This document shows, piece by piece, positions 18,563 to 28,554 of a DNA stretch of 64,000 bases. The position numbers were made by a program, and so were the translations under genes. How positions within the stretch are numbered: position 1 is the first letter of the stretch; each line of letters opens with the position of its first letter. The notes below the pieces were generated by a model that did no database searches, was not told where the DNA came from, and saw only the letters and a program-made list of their open reading frames with translations. Source of the stretch: Candidatus Omnitrophota bacterium (GTDB lineage: Bacteria > Omnitrophota > Omnitrophia > Omnitrophales > Aquincolibacteriaceae); assembly GCA_030698625.1 (NCBI GenBank), contig JAUYMS010000011.1, positions 4,373 to 68,372 of the forward strand, in the 5' to 3' direction.

Positions 18563-20716
18563 TTACGCTCGGGGGGCCCCTTTTTCTTTGGAAAAAACAG
18601 CCAGGCTCCGGTCACGCAGTTTATAGAGCTCGGCCTGTTGGTAATACCGTTCCGCGGGATTGCTTTCGAAGGTATCGAGTACAAGCTTCCAAGAACACTT
18701 AGCCTCTATTTTAGGTAAAGTGAAGTCGATGCCCTTGTGATGAGCGTTCATCAGAACCAGTAATGTATCCCCGTGTATTTGCTTGCCCTGCTCATCCTGT
18801 TCATCAATATGATCTCCTGAAAACAGACCCCCGAAACACCGCACATAATGCTGCCAAGCGTCACCGGTCATTTCAATTCCGGACGGCTCAAACCACATGG
18901 CATCCTTGATTCCTTTGCCGAGGGAATCTTTACCCCGGAAAAATTTGCGGCGCTTGAGAACCGGCTGATTCTTGTGCATGTGGATTACTTTCTTGGCAAA
19001 CTCCAAGAAGTTCCTCTGATGGTCATTCCACAGATTCCAATGATGCCAACTGAGCTCGTTGTCCTGGCAATAAGCGTTATTATTCCCCTGTTGGGACCGG
19101 CTAAGCTCGTCTCCGCCGCTGATCATGGGGACGCCCTGAGAAAGAAAAAGCGTCACAAACATGTTACGCTTCTGCCTTTCCCGGAGCTCAAGGATATCCG
19201 CCTTTTCCGTGGGCCCTTCAACGCCGCAGTTCCAGCTGAGGTTATTATTGTCGCCGTCCTTGTTCTCTTCAAGATTAGCTTCGTTATGCTTGTCATTGAA
19301 TGTCACAAGGTCCTGCAAAGTAAAACCGTCGTGGCATGTCACAAAATTGATGCTCGCATAAGGATGCCTGCCGTCATCTTCATAGAGGTCGCTCGAGCCG
19401 CAAAGCCTGGTCGCAAATTCAGAGGCCGTACCTCCGTCTCCCTTCCAGAATCCGCGGACACAATCCCGGTATTTTCCGTTCCATTCCGTCCACCCCGGCG
19501 GAAAATTGCCGACCTGATACCCGCCCTCCCCGACATCCCAAGGTTCCGCAATGAGCTTCACCTGACTGATGACCGGGTCCTGGTGGATGATGTCAAAGAA
19601 TCCGCCCAACTTATCAACCGCAAACAGCTCGCGGGCAAGCGTACTGGCCAAGTCAAACCGAAATCCGTCCACATGCATCTCTAAGATCCAATAGCGCAAG
19701 CTGTCCATAATGAGCTGCAGCACGCGGGGATGTCTCATGTTTTGACTGTTTCCGCAGCCCGTGAAATCCTCATAATAGCGCTTATTCTTATCGCTCAACC
19801 GGTAATAACATAGATTATCGATTCCCCTAAACGAGAGAGTGGGACCTAATTGATTTCCCTCGGCGGTATGGTTGTAGACAACATCTAGAATCACTTCGAT
19901 GCCTGCCGCATGCAGGATTTTTACCATGCCTTTAAACTCTTGGATACCGCCCTGCGGGGTCCGGTCTGCGGCATATCCGACATCCGGGGCAAAATACGAC
20001 AGCGTGTTATAGCCCCAATAATTGGTCATCCCCTTATCGCTAAGGTGTTTTTCGTTTACGTGATGGTGGACCGGCATAAGCTCTACTGCCGTAACCCCGA
20101 GATCTTTAAAATGTCGGAGAACAGGATCCGAGGCCAATCCCGCATAGGTGCCGCGCAAATGTTCGGGAATCTGGGGATGCAGCTTTGAAAAACCTTTGAC
20201 ATGCAACTCATAAATGATGGTTTCATGCCAAGGAATGCGCAAGCGCTTATCACATCCCCAATCGAATTCAGGGTTAATCACTGCGGCGAGGGGCGCATAA
20301 GCCGCATTGTCCCGTCTGTCCATGGTGAGGTCCTTACGAGCGCCGTCAAGCTTATAGCCAAACATTTCGTCGCGCCAATCGACGCGCCGGCCGATCACCT
20401 TGGCATAAGGGTCTAAGAGAACTTTGTGGCCGTTAAAGCGATGGCCCTCTTTTGGGGCATAGCGGCCGTACACACGATAACCGTAGAGCTGCCCGGGTTT
20501 AAGGCCCGGAATATAGCAGTGCCAGATCCAATGGGTGCGTTCTTTCAGCGGAATACGATGAGCTTCATTAGAGGCTTCGGAGGATTCGAAAAGGCAAAGT
20601 GCCACTTTCTCCGCATTCTCTGAAAAGATCGCAAAGTTAACGCCATTTCCATCCCACGTGGCCCCGAGCGGGTAAGGTTTCCCCGGCCAAATTTCCGGAT
20701 CGTTAGTCATAATCAC
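18563..20716 (-). CDS. glgX: Glycogen debranching enzyme GlgX (GH13)
   Basis: PGKPYPLGATWDG, NYWGYN, DVVYNHT, DGFRFDLA, AEPWD, TCHDGFTL. Confidence 0.96.
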   Translation of the reverse strand: MIMTNDPEIWPGKPYPLGATWDGNGVNFAIFSENAEKVALCLFESSEASNEAHRIPLKERTHWIWHCYIPGLKPGQLYGYRVYGRYAPKEGHRFNGHKVLLDPYAKVIGRRVDWRDEMFGYKLDGARKDLTMDRRDNAAYAPLAAVINPEFDWGCDKRLRIPWHETIIYELHVKGFSKLHPQIPEHLRGTYAGLASDPVLRHFKDLGVTAVELMPVHHHVNEKHLSDKGMTNYWGYNTLSYFAPDVGYAADRTPQGGIQEFKGMVKILHAAGIEVILDVVYNHTAEGNQLGPTLSFRGIDNLCYYRLSDKNKRYYEDFTGCGNSQNMRHPRVLQLIMDSLRYWILEMHVDGFRFDLASTLARELFAVDKLGGFFDIIHQDPVISQVKLIAEPWDVGEGGYQVGNFPPGWTEWNGKYRDCVRGFWKGDGGTASEFATRLCGSSDLYEDDGRHPYASINFVTCHDGFTLQDLVTFNDKHNEANLEENKDGDNNNLSWNCGVEGPTEKADILELRERQKRNMFVTLFLSQGVPMISGGDELSRSQQGNNNAYCQDNELSWHHWNLWNDHQRNFLEFAKKVIHMHKNQPVLKRRKFFRGKDSLGKGIKDAMWFEPSGIEMTGDAWQHYVRCFGGLFSGDHIDEQDEQGKQIHGDTLLVLMNAHHKGIDFTLPKIEAKCSWKLVLDTFESNPAERYYQQAELYKLRDRSLAVFSKEKGAPRA

Positions 20717-20725
20717 TAATAGGCA

Positions 20726-22300
20726 CTATTCAGGTTGTTTTAACAGCCGTTGAATTCCGTCCAGAGGAACGTCTATCCAACCGGGCCTGTTATTGATTTC
20801 ATAATTCAGTTCATAGACCGCTTTATCCAACTCATAAAAAAAGAGGACGGCTTCATTATCTGCCCTATCGGGACAAAGAAACATTGAGCCCCGATCATTT
20901 CTGCGGAGCACGGAGTCAAAGTAGCCTCTCAAAAACTCCTCACGCATAAATTCTTCAATCACCTCTTTGACGGCATCGACTTCGCTCTTCTGAGCCCCGG
21001 TTTGCTGAATGAACGCCGTCGACGAAACAGCCGCGGCATAACTAAATGAACGCAACATGCCCGCGACGTCCTTAAGAACGCAAGCCTTCTGTTTTCTTTC
21101 TTCAAGCGATCTCAGAGGTTCCCCTTCAAAGTCAAACAGCATCCAGTCCTCAGGCCCCTTCAAGACCTGCCCGAGATGATAATCCCCGTGATAACGGATT
21201 TTCCGAACGTCTCTTTCACAAAGCAGACTCAGGCTTGAGGCGGCGGATTTTAAACGCTCTTCCTGGCCAATGAGTTCCTGTAATCGTTTCCCGGAATCCG
21301 AGCGAAAATCTGCCTTCTTCTTAACGATCCCCGTGACTTGGTCGATCAGTTTGAAATAACCGCCCTTCCAGGCTTCCAAGTCACGCTTGGTTATAGCCTC
21401 GGGCGAGAATCTTTCATCGCGGCTATCACCGGCCAGTGTCCTGTGGAGTTCTGCGGTCAGCTGCCCGATCCTGTATAAGTTTTGTAACAGATTTTTCAAG
21501 ACGACCCGGAGGTCTTTTTGAACGCTCTCTTGAAATTCGGGCCCCATGAATTGCGGGTAAACGTTCTTGAGCTCTTCGACGACATACCCCCAACCATCGG
21601 AGGAGGCCTTAATGAAGCCTACCATCAAGGCAAGAGAGCTCGGCGGCTCTCCTTTTGATTCATAAACGATGTCTGCGGCTAACTGGGGCACATAGGTGTA
21701 GTGATTCCTTTTCAGGAAATCCAGCATTTCCACTTCCGGATTAATGCCCGCGTCCGGTTTTCGATAGACCTTGAGGATGTATTCGTCACGGGCGACAAGG
21801 GATGTATTGCTCTGTTCTGCCGTAAGGCTCCGAATCTGCGAAAGGTCGAGGTCGTTCATTTTGAAATCTTTGCGACGGGGATGAAATTTGAGCCGGCCTT
21901 GACCGGACGCTAATTCAGCCCCGTCACCGATCTTCACGAAAAGCCATTTCCCGAAACTCTTGTCTTTAAACGCATCAAGCACGGTATAACGCGAGGAATC
22001 GACTTGAAAAGAAAGGACCACCTGCTCCTTTTTTTCACCGATGTCCCCGATCACTCCGATTAAGGGAATAAAGTAAACTTCCGGTTCGCCCTCCTCGAAA
22101 TGGAATCGAACCAGCAGCAAAATATAAAAGCGCTTTTCCTCTTCGCATACAATCGAGTCCTGAATGTCAAAGCGTTTGATTTTCCTTTGTTTGCTGCGGA
22201 ACCAGCGTTGATTCCGAACATAGGCAGGCAGAGATGCGTCCGCATTTTTTTGCAGGGTCTCTATCCAGGGGCCAAAGACTTGACTATGGATGGTTGTCAT
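20726..22300 (-). CDS. mak: Maltokinase (Mak/Pep2)
   Basis: QRWFRSK, AEQSNTS, IRYHGDYHLGQVL, DFEGEP, DVAGMLRSF, KAVYELNYE. Confidence 0.9.
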   Translation of the reverse strand: MTTIHSQVFGPWIETLQKNADASLPAYVRNQRWFRSKQRKIKRFDIQDSIVCEEEKRFYILLLVRFHFEEGEPEVYFIPLIGVIGDIGEKKEQVVLSFQVDSSRYTVLDAFKDKSFGKWLFVKIGDGAELASGQGRLKFHPRRKDFKMNDLDLSQIRSLTAEQSNTSLVARDEYILKVYRKPDAGINPEVEMLDFLKRNHYTYVPQLAADIVYESKGEPPSSLALMVGFIKASSDGWGYVVEELKNVYPQFMGPEFQESVQKDLRVVLKNLLQNLYRIGQLTAELHRTLAGDSRDERFSPEAITKRDLEAWKGGYFKLIDQVTGIVKKKADFRSDSGKRLQELIGQEERLKSAASSLSLLCERDVRKIRYHGDYHLGQVLKGPEDWMLFDFEGEPLRSLEERKQKACVLKDVAGMLRSFSYAAAVSSTAFIQQTGAQKSEVDAVKEVIEEFMREEFLRGYFDSVLRRNDRGSMFLCPDRADNEAVLFFYELDKAVYELNYEINNRPGWIDVPLDGIQRLLKQPE

Positions 22301-22314
22301 AAAAAACGGCTCAA

Positions 22315-24078
22315 CTACTCACTGGATACGTCAAGCGGACTCGGCACGGAAGGAGCCTTTTCCGAAGTGGCCTCGACTTTAGGCTGGGGCGTTAACCTCA
22401 GCCAGTAAAAGCCATGCGGGCCCAGGGTCAGAAAATAGGGCAGTTCCCCTATCGGAGGAAAGACAATGCCCCCCTGAAGTTCGACCGGCACGAGGCCCTT
22501 ATATTTACTCAGGTCGAGCTCAACAGGCTGAACATATCGGGAAAGATTGTTAACGATCAAAAGCGTTTCATCCTCGTATTGACGGATATAGGCCAAGACC
22601 GATTTATTTTTAGGCTCCAGTAATTCAAGACTCCCGCGGCCGAACGCCTTATACCCTTTCCTTACCTTGATGAGCCGTTTCACCCAATTTAAAAAAGACG
22701 TGGGGATTCGCTGCTGAGCTTCCACATTGACGGCTTGAAAACCAAAAACAGGGTCCACGATTAAAGGGGCATAGAGTTTTGCCGTATCGGCGGCTGAGAA
22801 CCCCGCATTTCGATCCCCCGTCCATTGCATCGGCGTTCTCACGCCGTTGCGGTCTCCGAGATAGATATTGTCTCCCATGCCCAGCTCATCTCCGTAATAA
22901 ATGACGGGGGTGCCCGGAAGACTAAAGAGAAGGCTATTGAGCAGCTCCATTTGCCGCCTTCCGTTACTCATGAGGGGCGCCAACCGCCGGCGAATACCCA
23001 AATTCAGTTTCGCTTTGGGATCTGCGGCATATTCTTTGTACATATAATCACGTTCTTCTGCCGTGACCATTTCCAGAGTCAGTTCATCGTGATTCCGAAG
23101 GAAGAGCGCCCATTGGCAATTCTCCGGCAGATCGGGTGTTTGCCTCATGATGTCAATGATGGGCGTATGATCTTCTTTGCGAATCGCCATGAATATTCGC
23201 GGCATGAGCGGGAAATGAAACGCCATATGGCACTCGTCTCCGTCTCCGAAATAGGGGCGCACATCGGCCGGCCACTGATTGGCCTCCGCCAGCAATATTT
23301 TCTCTTTATACCGCTTGTCAAGACGCTGTCTTAGCGATTTGAGATATTGATGCGTCTCTAACAAATTCTCACAATTGGTCCCTTCGCGTTCAAACAGGTA
23401 CGGCACGGCATCCAGCCGAAAGCCATCCACACCGGTATTGAGCCAGAAGGATAACGTGTCGAGGAGAGCGCGGCAAACGACCGGATTAGAAAAATTCAAA
23501 TCCGGCTGGTGGCTAAAAAAGCGGTGCCAATAGTATTCTTCCGTCACCGGATCGTAGCTCCAGTTCGACTTCTCGGAATCCGTAAATATAATCCGCGCTT
23601 CCTTGTACTTTTTAGGGTCCGTGCTCCACACGTAATAATCCCGCTTTGGCGACTTTTTCGAAGACCTGGCCTCCTGGAACCAGGCGTGCTGATCGGACGT
23701 GTGATTGACAACCAATTCAATTAAAACACGGATGTCCCGATTGTGCGACTCGCGAACAAACCGTTTGAACTCCTTCAAGGTTCCATACTCACGCAGGATC
23801 TTGCGGTAATCGGCAATATCGTAGCCGTCGTCTTTAAGCGGTGACTCATAAAACGGGAGCAGCCAAATGCAATTGATCCCTAAGTCCTGCAGGTAATCCA
23901 ACTTTCGGATTAATCCGGTAAAGTCCCCGATCCCGTCATGATTGGAATCAAAGAACGCCTTGACATGCAATTCGTAAATGATCGCGTCCTTATACCAGAG
24001 GGGATCATCGACAACACCCGTCGTCCGCGTCTTGGTTCTCTTTCTTGCCGTGCCCTGTGCCGCGCTGTGGCTGCTCAT
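22315..24078 (-). CDS. treS: Trehalose synthase TreS
   Basis: WYKDAIIYE, HRFFSHQPDLN, RLDAVPYL, AEANQWP, FLRNHDELTLEMVT. Confidence 0.96.
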   Translation of the reverse strand: MSSHSAAQGTARKRTKTRTTGVVDDPLWYKDAIIYELHVKAFFDSNHDGIGDFTGLIRKLDYLQDLGINCIWLLPFYESPLKDDGYDIADYRKILREYGTLKEFKRFVRESHNRDIRVLIELVVNHTSDQHAWFQEARSSKKSPKRDYYVWSTDPKKYKEARIIFTDSEKSNWSYDPVTEEYYWHRFFSHQPDLNFSNPVVCRALLDTLSFWLNTGVDGFRLDAVPYLFEREGTNCENLLETHQYLKSLRQRLDKRYKEKILLAEANQWPADVRPYFGDGDECHMAFHFPLMPRIFMAIRKEDHTPIIDIMRQTPDLPENCQWALFLRNHDELTLEMVTAEERDYMYKEYAADPKAKLNLGIRRRLAPLMSNGRRQMELLNSLLFSLPGTPVIYYGDELGMGDNIYLGDRNGVRTPMQWTGDRNAGFSAADTAKLYAPLIVDPVFGFQAVNVEAQQRIPTSFLNWVKRLIKVRKGYKAFGRGSLELLEPKNKSVLAYIRQYEDETLLIVNNLSRYVQPVELDLSKYKGLVPVELQGGIVFPPIGELPYFLTLGPHGFYWLRLTPQPKVEATSEKAPSVPSPLDVSSE

Positions 24079-26144
24079 ATTCTCACTCTCAAAATGTGCA
24101 CGGGTTCCGCTTGAGGATCCAGGCGGATGTAGTTCGCCGGACCTTTCCAGTAGTACTTGTCCCCCGTGATCAGATCTTTAACCTGAAAGGTCTGCCAGTC
24201 TTCAATCCCGAATTTCCATAGCGGCAGAGTCACGAGATCCTCGTGAACATGAAACGGATCCAGGTTGACGACGACGATTATGATGTTGCCGTTGTCTTCC
24301 GTGCGCTTCCCGTAGCAGAGAATATTGTCGTTACACGAACCATAGAACTCCAAATTCTTATAGGAGTGAAGCGCCGCATTTTCTCTGCGGATACGGTTGA
24401 CCCGGGCGATAAAATCCTTGATATTCCCTTCCCGGTCCCAGTCCCTGAATTTGATCTCATATTTTTCAGAATCAAGGTACTCCTCGGAGCCGCCATGGAG
24501 CGGCGTGTTTTCGCACAATTCGAACCCGCTGTAGATCCCATACACGGAAGACAAGGTGGCGGCAAGAGCAAGCCTGATCTTAAACGCCGGACGTCCGCCC
24601 CGTTGCAAATACTCATGCAGAATGTCCGGCGTGTTGACAAAAAAATTGCCCCGAAAATAATGCCGCATTTCTGTTTGGGTCAGCTCTTCAAGATATTGCC
24701 GTAATTCCCATTTTGCGTTCCGCCAGGTGAAATAGGTATACGACTGCGAGAATCCAGCCTTTGCCAGATGCTTCATCACCTTGGGCCGCGTAAAGGCCTC
24801 GGCCAGGAAAAGGACGTCCGGGTGCTCTTCCTGCACTTCCTGAATCAGCCATTGCCAAAATTTAAAAGGCTTTGTATGCGGATTATCCACGCGAAAAATC
24901 TTAACCCCTTTATCAACCCAAAAAAGGACCACGCTTTTAAGTTCTTCCCACAGCGATTCGGCGTCCCCGCAATTAAAGTCGATAGGGTAAATGTCCTGAT
25001 ATTTTTTAGGCGGGTTCTCCGCATAACGGATCGTGCCATCCGGCAGACGGTAGAACCACTCCGGGTGACTCTTGACATACGGATGATCGGGCGAACATTG
25101 ATAGGCCAGATCGAGCGCAATTTCAATATCGTACTCATTGGCCGCTTCGACAAAGTCCGTAAATTCTGCCATCGTCCCAAGCTCGGGATGGATCGCTTTA
25201 TGCCCGCCCTCTTTGGCGCCGATGGCCCACGGTGACCCCGGAGAATCAGGCGTGACCGTCAATGTATTATTAGCTCCTTTACGGTGAGTGGTTCCGATCG
25301 GATGAATCGGCGGGAGGTAGATCACATCAAATCCCATGCGTTTAATATCCGGGAGCCGCTTGAGGCAATCACGGAAAGTGCCGTGCCTTCCCTTCCGTTT
25401 CGCCTGAGAACGCGGGAACAGCTCATACCAAGCACTGTATTCCGCCTGCTTACGGTCCACGGTCAACTGCAACGGCTTGTGATATTCGGACACATTTTTT
25501 CTTATTTCATACTTAGAGGCTAGACTCACGAACTTTTCGCTTCGGAGGATCCGCAGGACTTCATCACTCGCCCCCTCTGAAAGCTTGAACATCCGGCCGA
25601 TGAGCTCCAGATTCTTCTTATCCGCTCCACTGGCTTTTGCCCGGAGAATTTCCAAGTGCTGAATCCCCTCGGCAAGATCACTCTGAACATTCGGGTTCGC
25701 AGGGCATTTCCTCAGCATAAACTGCACCCAGGTCGCAATCGGGTCCACCCAGGCTTCGACGGAGTACACATATTGCCGATTCTCATCCGGGATAAAAAAA
25801 CCACGCCACCTGTCATTATCACCCTTGACCATGGGTGATAAATCCCAGGAAGTACTTTCGGCGCTTCGATACTTGATGGCGGCCTTCAGAACATCGTGGC
25901 CGTCTTTAAAAATGTCGGCCTCGACATAAAAAGTCTCCCCCACGACGCATTTTACGGGAAAAAGTCCCTGATCGACTGCCGGCGCGATATTTTCAACAAT
26001 GATCGACGCTGCCTCTTTTCGGAGCATTGAATGCTCGGCTTCGGGAATGTTCATCCAACGGCCTTCTGCCGGCAAAACGACCTCACGAGCCGCTTCTGCC
26101 TTGCTGTTTCCGTTTTTTCCGCTCTGATTATTCTTTCTGGCCAT
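24075..26144 (-). CDS. glgE: Alpha-1,4-glucan:maltose-1-phosphate maltosyltransferase GlgE
   Basis: WYELFPRS, LPPIHPIG, YAENPPKKYQDIYP, RVDNPHTKP, AEAFTRP, NTPDIL; start taken at ATG 26144 rather than the 26216 ORF edge. Confidence 0.95.
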   Translation of the reverse strand: MARKNNQSGKNGNSKAEAAREVVLPAEGRWMNIPEAEHSMLRKEAASIIVENIAPAVDQGLFPVKCVVGETFYVEADIFKDGHDVLKAAIKYRSAESTSWDLSPMVKGDNDRWRGFFIPDENRQYVYSVEAWVDPIATWVQFMLRKCPANPNVQSDLAEGIQHLEILRAKASGADKKNLELIGRMFKLSEGASDEVLRILRSEKFVSLASKYEIRKNVSEYHKPLQLTVDRKQAEYSAWYELFPRSQAKRKGRHGTFRDCLKRLPDIKRMGFDVIYLPPIHPIGTTHRKGANNTLTVTPDSPGSPWAIGAKEGGHKAIHPELGTMAEFTDFVEAANEYDIEIALDLAYQCSPDHPYVKSHPEWFYRLPDGTIRYAENPPKKYQDIYPIDFNCGDAESLWEELKSVVLFWVDKGVKIFRVDNPHTKPFKFWQWLIQEVQEEHPDVLFLAEAFTRPKVMKHLAKAGFSQSYTYFTWRNAKWELRQYLEELTQTEMRHYFRGNFFVNTPDILHEYLQRGGRPAFKIRLALAATLSSVYGIYSGFELCENTPLHGGSEEYLDSEKYEIKFRDWDREGNIKDFIARVNRIRRENAALHSYKNLEFYGSCNDNILCYGKRTEDNGNIIIVVVNLDPFHVHEDLVTLPLWKFGIEDWQTFQVKDLITGDKYYWKGPANYIRLDPQAEPVHILRVRI

Positions 26145-28482
26145 GGGCCTCTTTCGGCTTTTTTCGCTCTCTTTTTTGCGGGGCCTGTTTATGAAATTTA
26201 AATACGTTGGCTGCAAGCGGCGGTAAATTGAGGCACAGAGAACTTGGCCGGCCCTGGGCGGAGATTGTATCCGAAAAAAAACCGCCGTAATTGCCGACCC
26301 CGCTGCCTCCGTACTCCACCGCGTCGCTGTTTACCAGTTCCTGGTAATACCCCTGAAGCGGGACACCGACCCGGTAGCGCATCCTCGGAGTCGGCGTCAT
26401 ATTGTAAGTAAACAAGAGGAGTTCCTTCCGGTCTCTTGACCACCGGATCCAACTGAGCACGCTCGCATCGGTATCACGAAAATCAATCCACTCAAACCCC
26501 GCACTGTCAAAATCAAGTTCGTAAAAGGCCGGGTGCTTTTTGTAAAGTCGTTGCAGGTCTTTGACAAAGAGAGCGAGCTTCTTGTGCAAGTCGTAATTCA
26601 GGAGATCCCAGTCCATCGAGGCGCAGGCACTCCACTCGCGTCTTTGTCCGATATCATCGGTCATAAAGTTCAGCTTCTTCCCCGGGTGGCCAAACATATA
26701 CCCGAAGAAAAGACGGGTGTTCGCAAATTTTTGCCACTCATCGCCCGGCATTTTTTCCACGAGCGACCGCTTGCCGTGGACAACCTCATCGTGAGAAATC
26801 GGTAGAACAAAATTCTCAGAAAAAGCATACACGAGCGAAAAGGTCAGAAGGCCCTGATGATACTTTCTGTAAACCGGGTCCTTTGAGAAATATTCCAGCG
26901 CGTCATGCATCCACCCCATGTTCCATTTCATGCTAAAACCCAGGCCGCCCAGGTAGGTCGGGTGCGAAACACCCGGCCAAGACGTAGACTCTTCGGCGAT
27001 GGTGAGGACTCCGGGGTGGCGGCTGTGGACCGTTTCATTAAATTGTTTTAAAAAATCGACCGCCTCCAGATTTTCACGTCCGCCGAAGCGATTCGGTTCC
27101 CACTGCCCCTCATCCCGGGCATAATCCAAATAGAGCATCGAAGCCACGGCATCCACGCGAAGCCCGTCGATGTGGTATTTCTCGAGCCAAAACAGGGCAT
27201 TCGATATGAGAAAGTTCCTAATTTCATTTTTTTCGTAATCGAAAACAAATGTCCCCCACTCTTTGTGCTCTCCTTTTTTCCAATTGGCGTAGGCATAAAT
27301 CTGCTCGCCGTCAAAGTCCGCCAAACCATGCGCGTCTCTCGGGAAATGACCTGGCACCCAGTCCAGAATCACGCCGATATCGTTCCGGTGACAATAGTCC
27401 ACAAAGTACATGAATTCCTCAGGGCTTCCAAAACGGCTCGAGGGGGCGTAGTACCCGATCACTTGATAGCCCCAGGATTCATCAAGCGGGTGTTCCGCTA
27501 TAGGCAGAAGCTCGAGGTGGGTATACCCCTGCCCCTTGGCGTAATCAACCAGCTGATGAGCGAGTTTTTTATAATTCAGAAATCCCCAATCTGTTTGCTC
27601 GTCCCGACGCCAGGAACCCAGATGAACTTCATAAATGGATACGGGTGAATTCAAAGTATCTTTCTTGGGGCGGGACGTCATCCATTTTCCGTCACGCCAT
27701 TTGTGCGAATCAAGATCCGCCACGACTGATGCGGTTTGAGGTCTTAACTCGGAACCAAAGCCATAAGGGTCGGCCTTAAGGCGGATCTCGTTATCGACGG
27801 AGGATTTAATGGCAAATTTATAGTTCATACCGGGCCTTAACCCCGGAATAAAAAGTCCCCACACGCCGGAAAAATGAACGCGTGACATCGGATGGGTCCC
27901 CGGCCGCCAAAAGTTAAAATCCCCTACGACACTGATGGATTTTGCGTTTGGCGCCCACACCGCAAAATGGACGCCCGATACTCCCTTAAAAGTCCGAACT
28001 CGGGCGCCAAATTTCTCAAAACTCTTAAAGTGACTTCCCTGACCGATAAGATAAAGGTCATAATCCGTGATTTCCGTTTGAAACGCGAAGGGGTCTTCCC
28101 TCTCCTCGACATGACCGATCTCATCCAGGTAGCCGATCTTGTAGTCGGCGATCTCCGTCTGACCTTCGATAACCGCTTGAAAGAACCCGCCGGGATGGAT
28201 CTTTTCCATCTGCCTTTTGATGCGGGTTTTACCCCGAAACTGAATCCAGGCCTCGTCGGCCCGGGGCAGGAAGGCCCGTATCACCAGGCATTTTTCTTGG
28301 CTGAGCAGATGTGGGCCCAGAGTCTCAAAGGGTTCGGCCTCATCAAAATCGACGATCCTCTGGATTTCCTTTTTTGTCAGAGCGCCGCCCGCGTACTCTT
28401 TCAAGAGCCTGCCCTTTCTGGGTGTTTTTCCCTTTTTCTTCTGAATATCACTCCTCATATCCGATTTTTCCATGGTATTCAT
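26128..28482 (-). CDS. glgB: 1,4-alpha-glucan branching enzyme GlgB
   Basis: FAVWAPNA, YEVHLGSW, SWGYQ, DGLRVDAVASMLY, AEEST, SHDEVVHGK. Confidence 0.96.
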   Translation of the reverse strand: MNTMEKSDMRSDIQKKKGKTPRKGRLLKEYAGGALTKKEIQRIVDFDEAEPFETLGPHLLSQEKCLVIRAFLPRADEAWIQFRGKTRIKRQMEKIHPGGFFQAVIEGQTEIADYKIGYLDEIGHVEEREDPFAFQTEITDYDLYLIGQGSHFKSFEKFGARVRTFKGVSGVHFAVWAPNAKSISVVGDFNFWRPGTHPMSRVHFSGVWGLFIPGLRPGMNYKFAIKSSVDNEIRLKADPYGFGSELRPQTASVVADLDSHKWRDGKWMTSRPKKDTLNSPVSIYEVHLGSWRRDEQTDWGFLNYKKLAHQLVDYAKGQGYTHLELLPIAEHPLDESWGYQVIGYYAPSSRFGSPEEFMYFVDYCHRNDIGVILDWVPGHFPRDAHGLADFDGEQIYAYANWKKGEHKEWGTFVFDYEKNEIRNFLISNALFWLEKYHIDGLRVDAVASMLYLDYARDEGQWEPNRFGGRENLEAVDFLKQFNETVHSRHPGVLTIAEESTSWPGVSHPTYLGGLGFSMKWNMGWMHDALEYFSKDPVYRKYHQGLLTFSLVYAFSENFVLPISHDEVVHGKRSLVEKMPGDEWQKFANTRLFFGYMFGHPGKKLNFMTDDIGQRREWSACASMDWDLLNYDLHKKLALFVKDLQRLYKKHPAFYELDFDSAGFEWIDFRDTDASVLSWIRWSRDRKELLLFTYNMTPTPRMRYRVGVPLQGYYQELVNSDAVEYGGSGVGNYGGFFSDTISAQGRPSSLCLNLPPLAANVFKFHKQAPQKRERKKPKEAHGQKE

Positions 28483-28554
28483 TGTAAGCTATTTGTTTAT
28501 ATGGGCTTATGGAAAACCAGCAACCTTATGTTATCACAAAACGCCGAGAATTGC

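Noticed and set aside
26145-26216. Long glgB/glgE overlap
   Set aside because: Artefact of choosing the furthest start; the ATG at 26144 gives an ordinary short overlap.
27740-27760. GSELR in GlgB, and RSENA at the end of 40906..41592, as extra RSELR-type sites
   Set aside because: Imperfect matches; the GlgB one lies within a conserved enzyme motif (DPY..ELRP), so it is coincidental.
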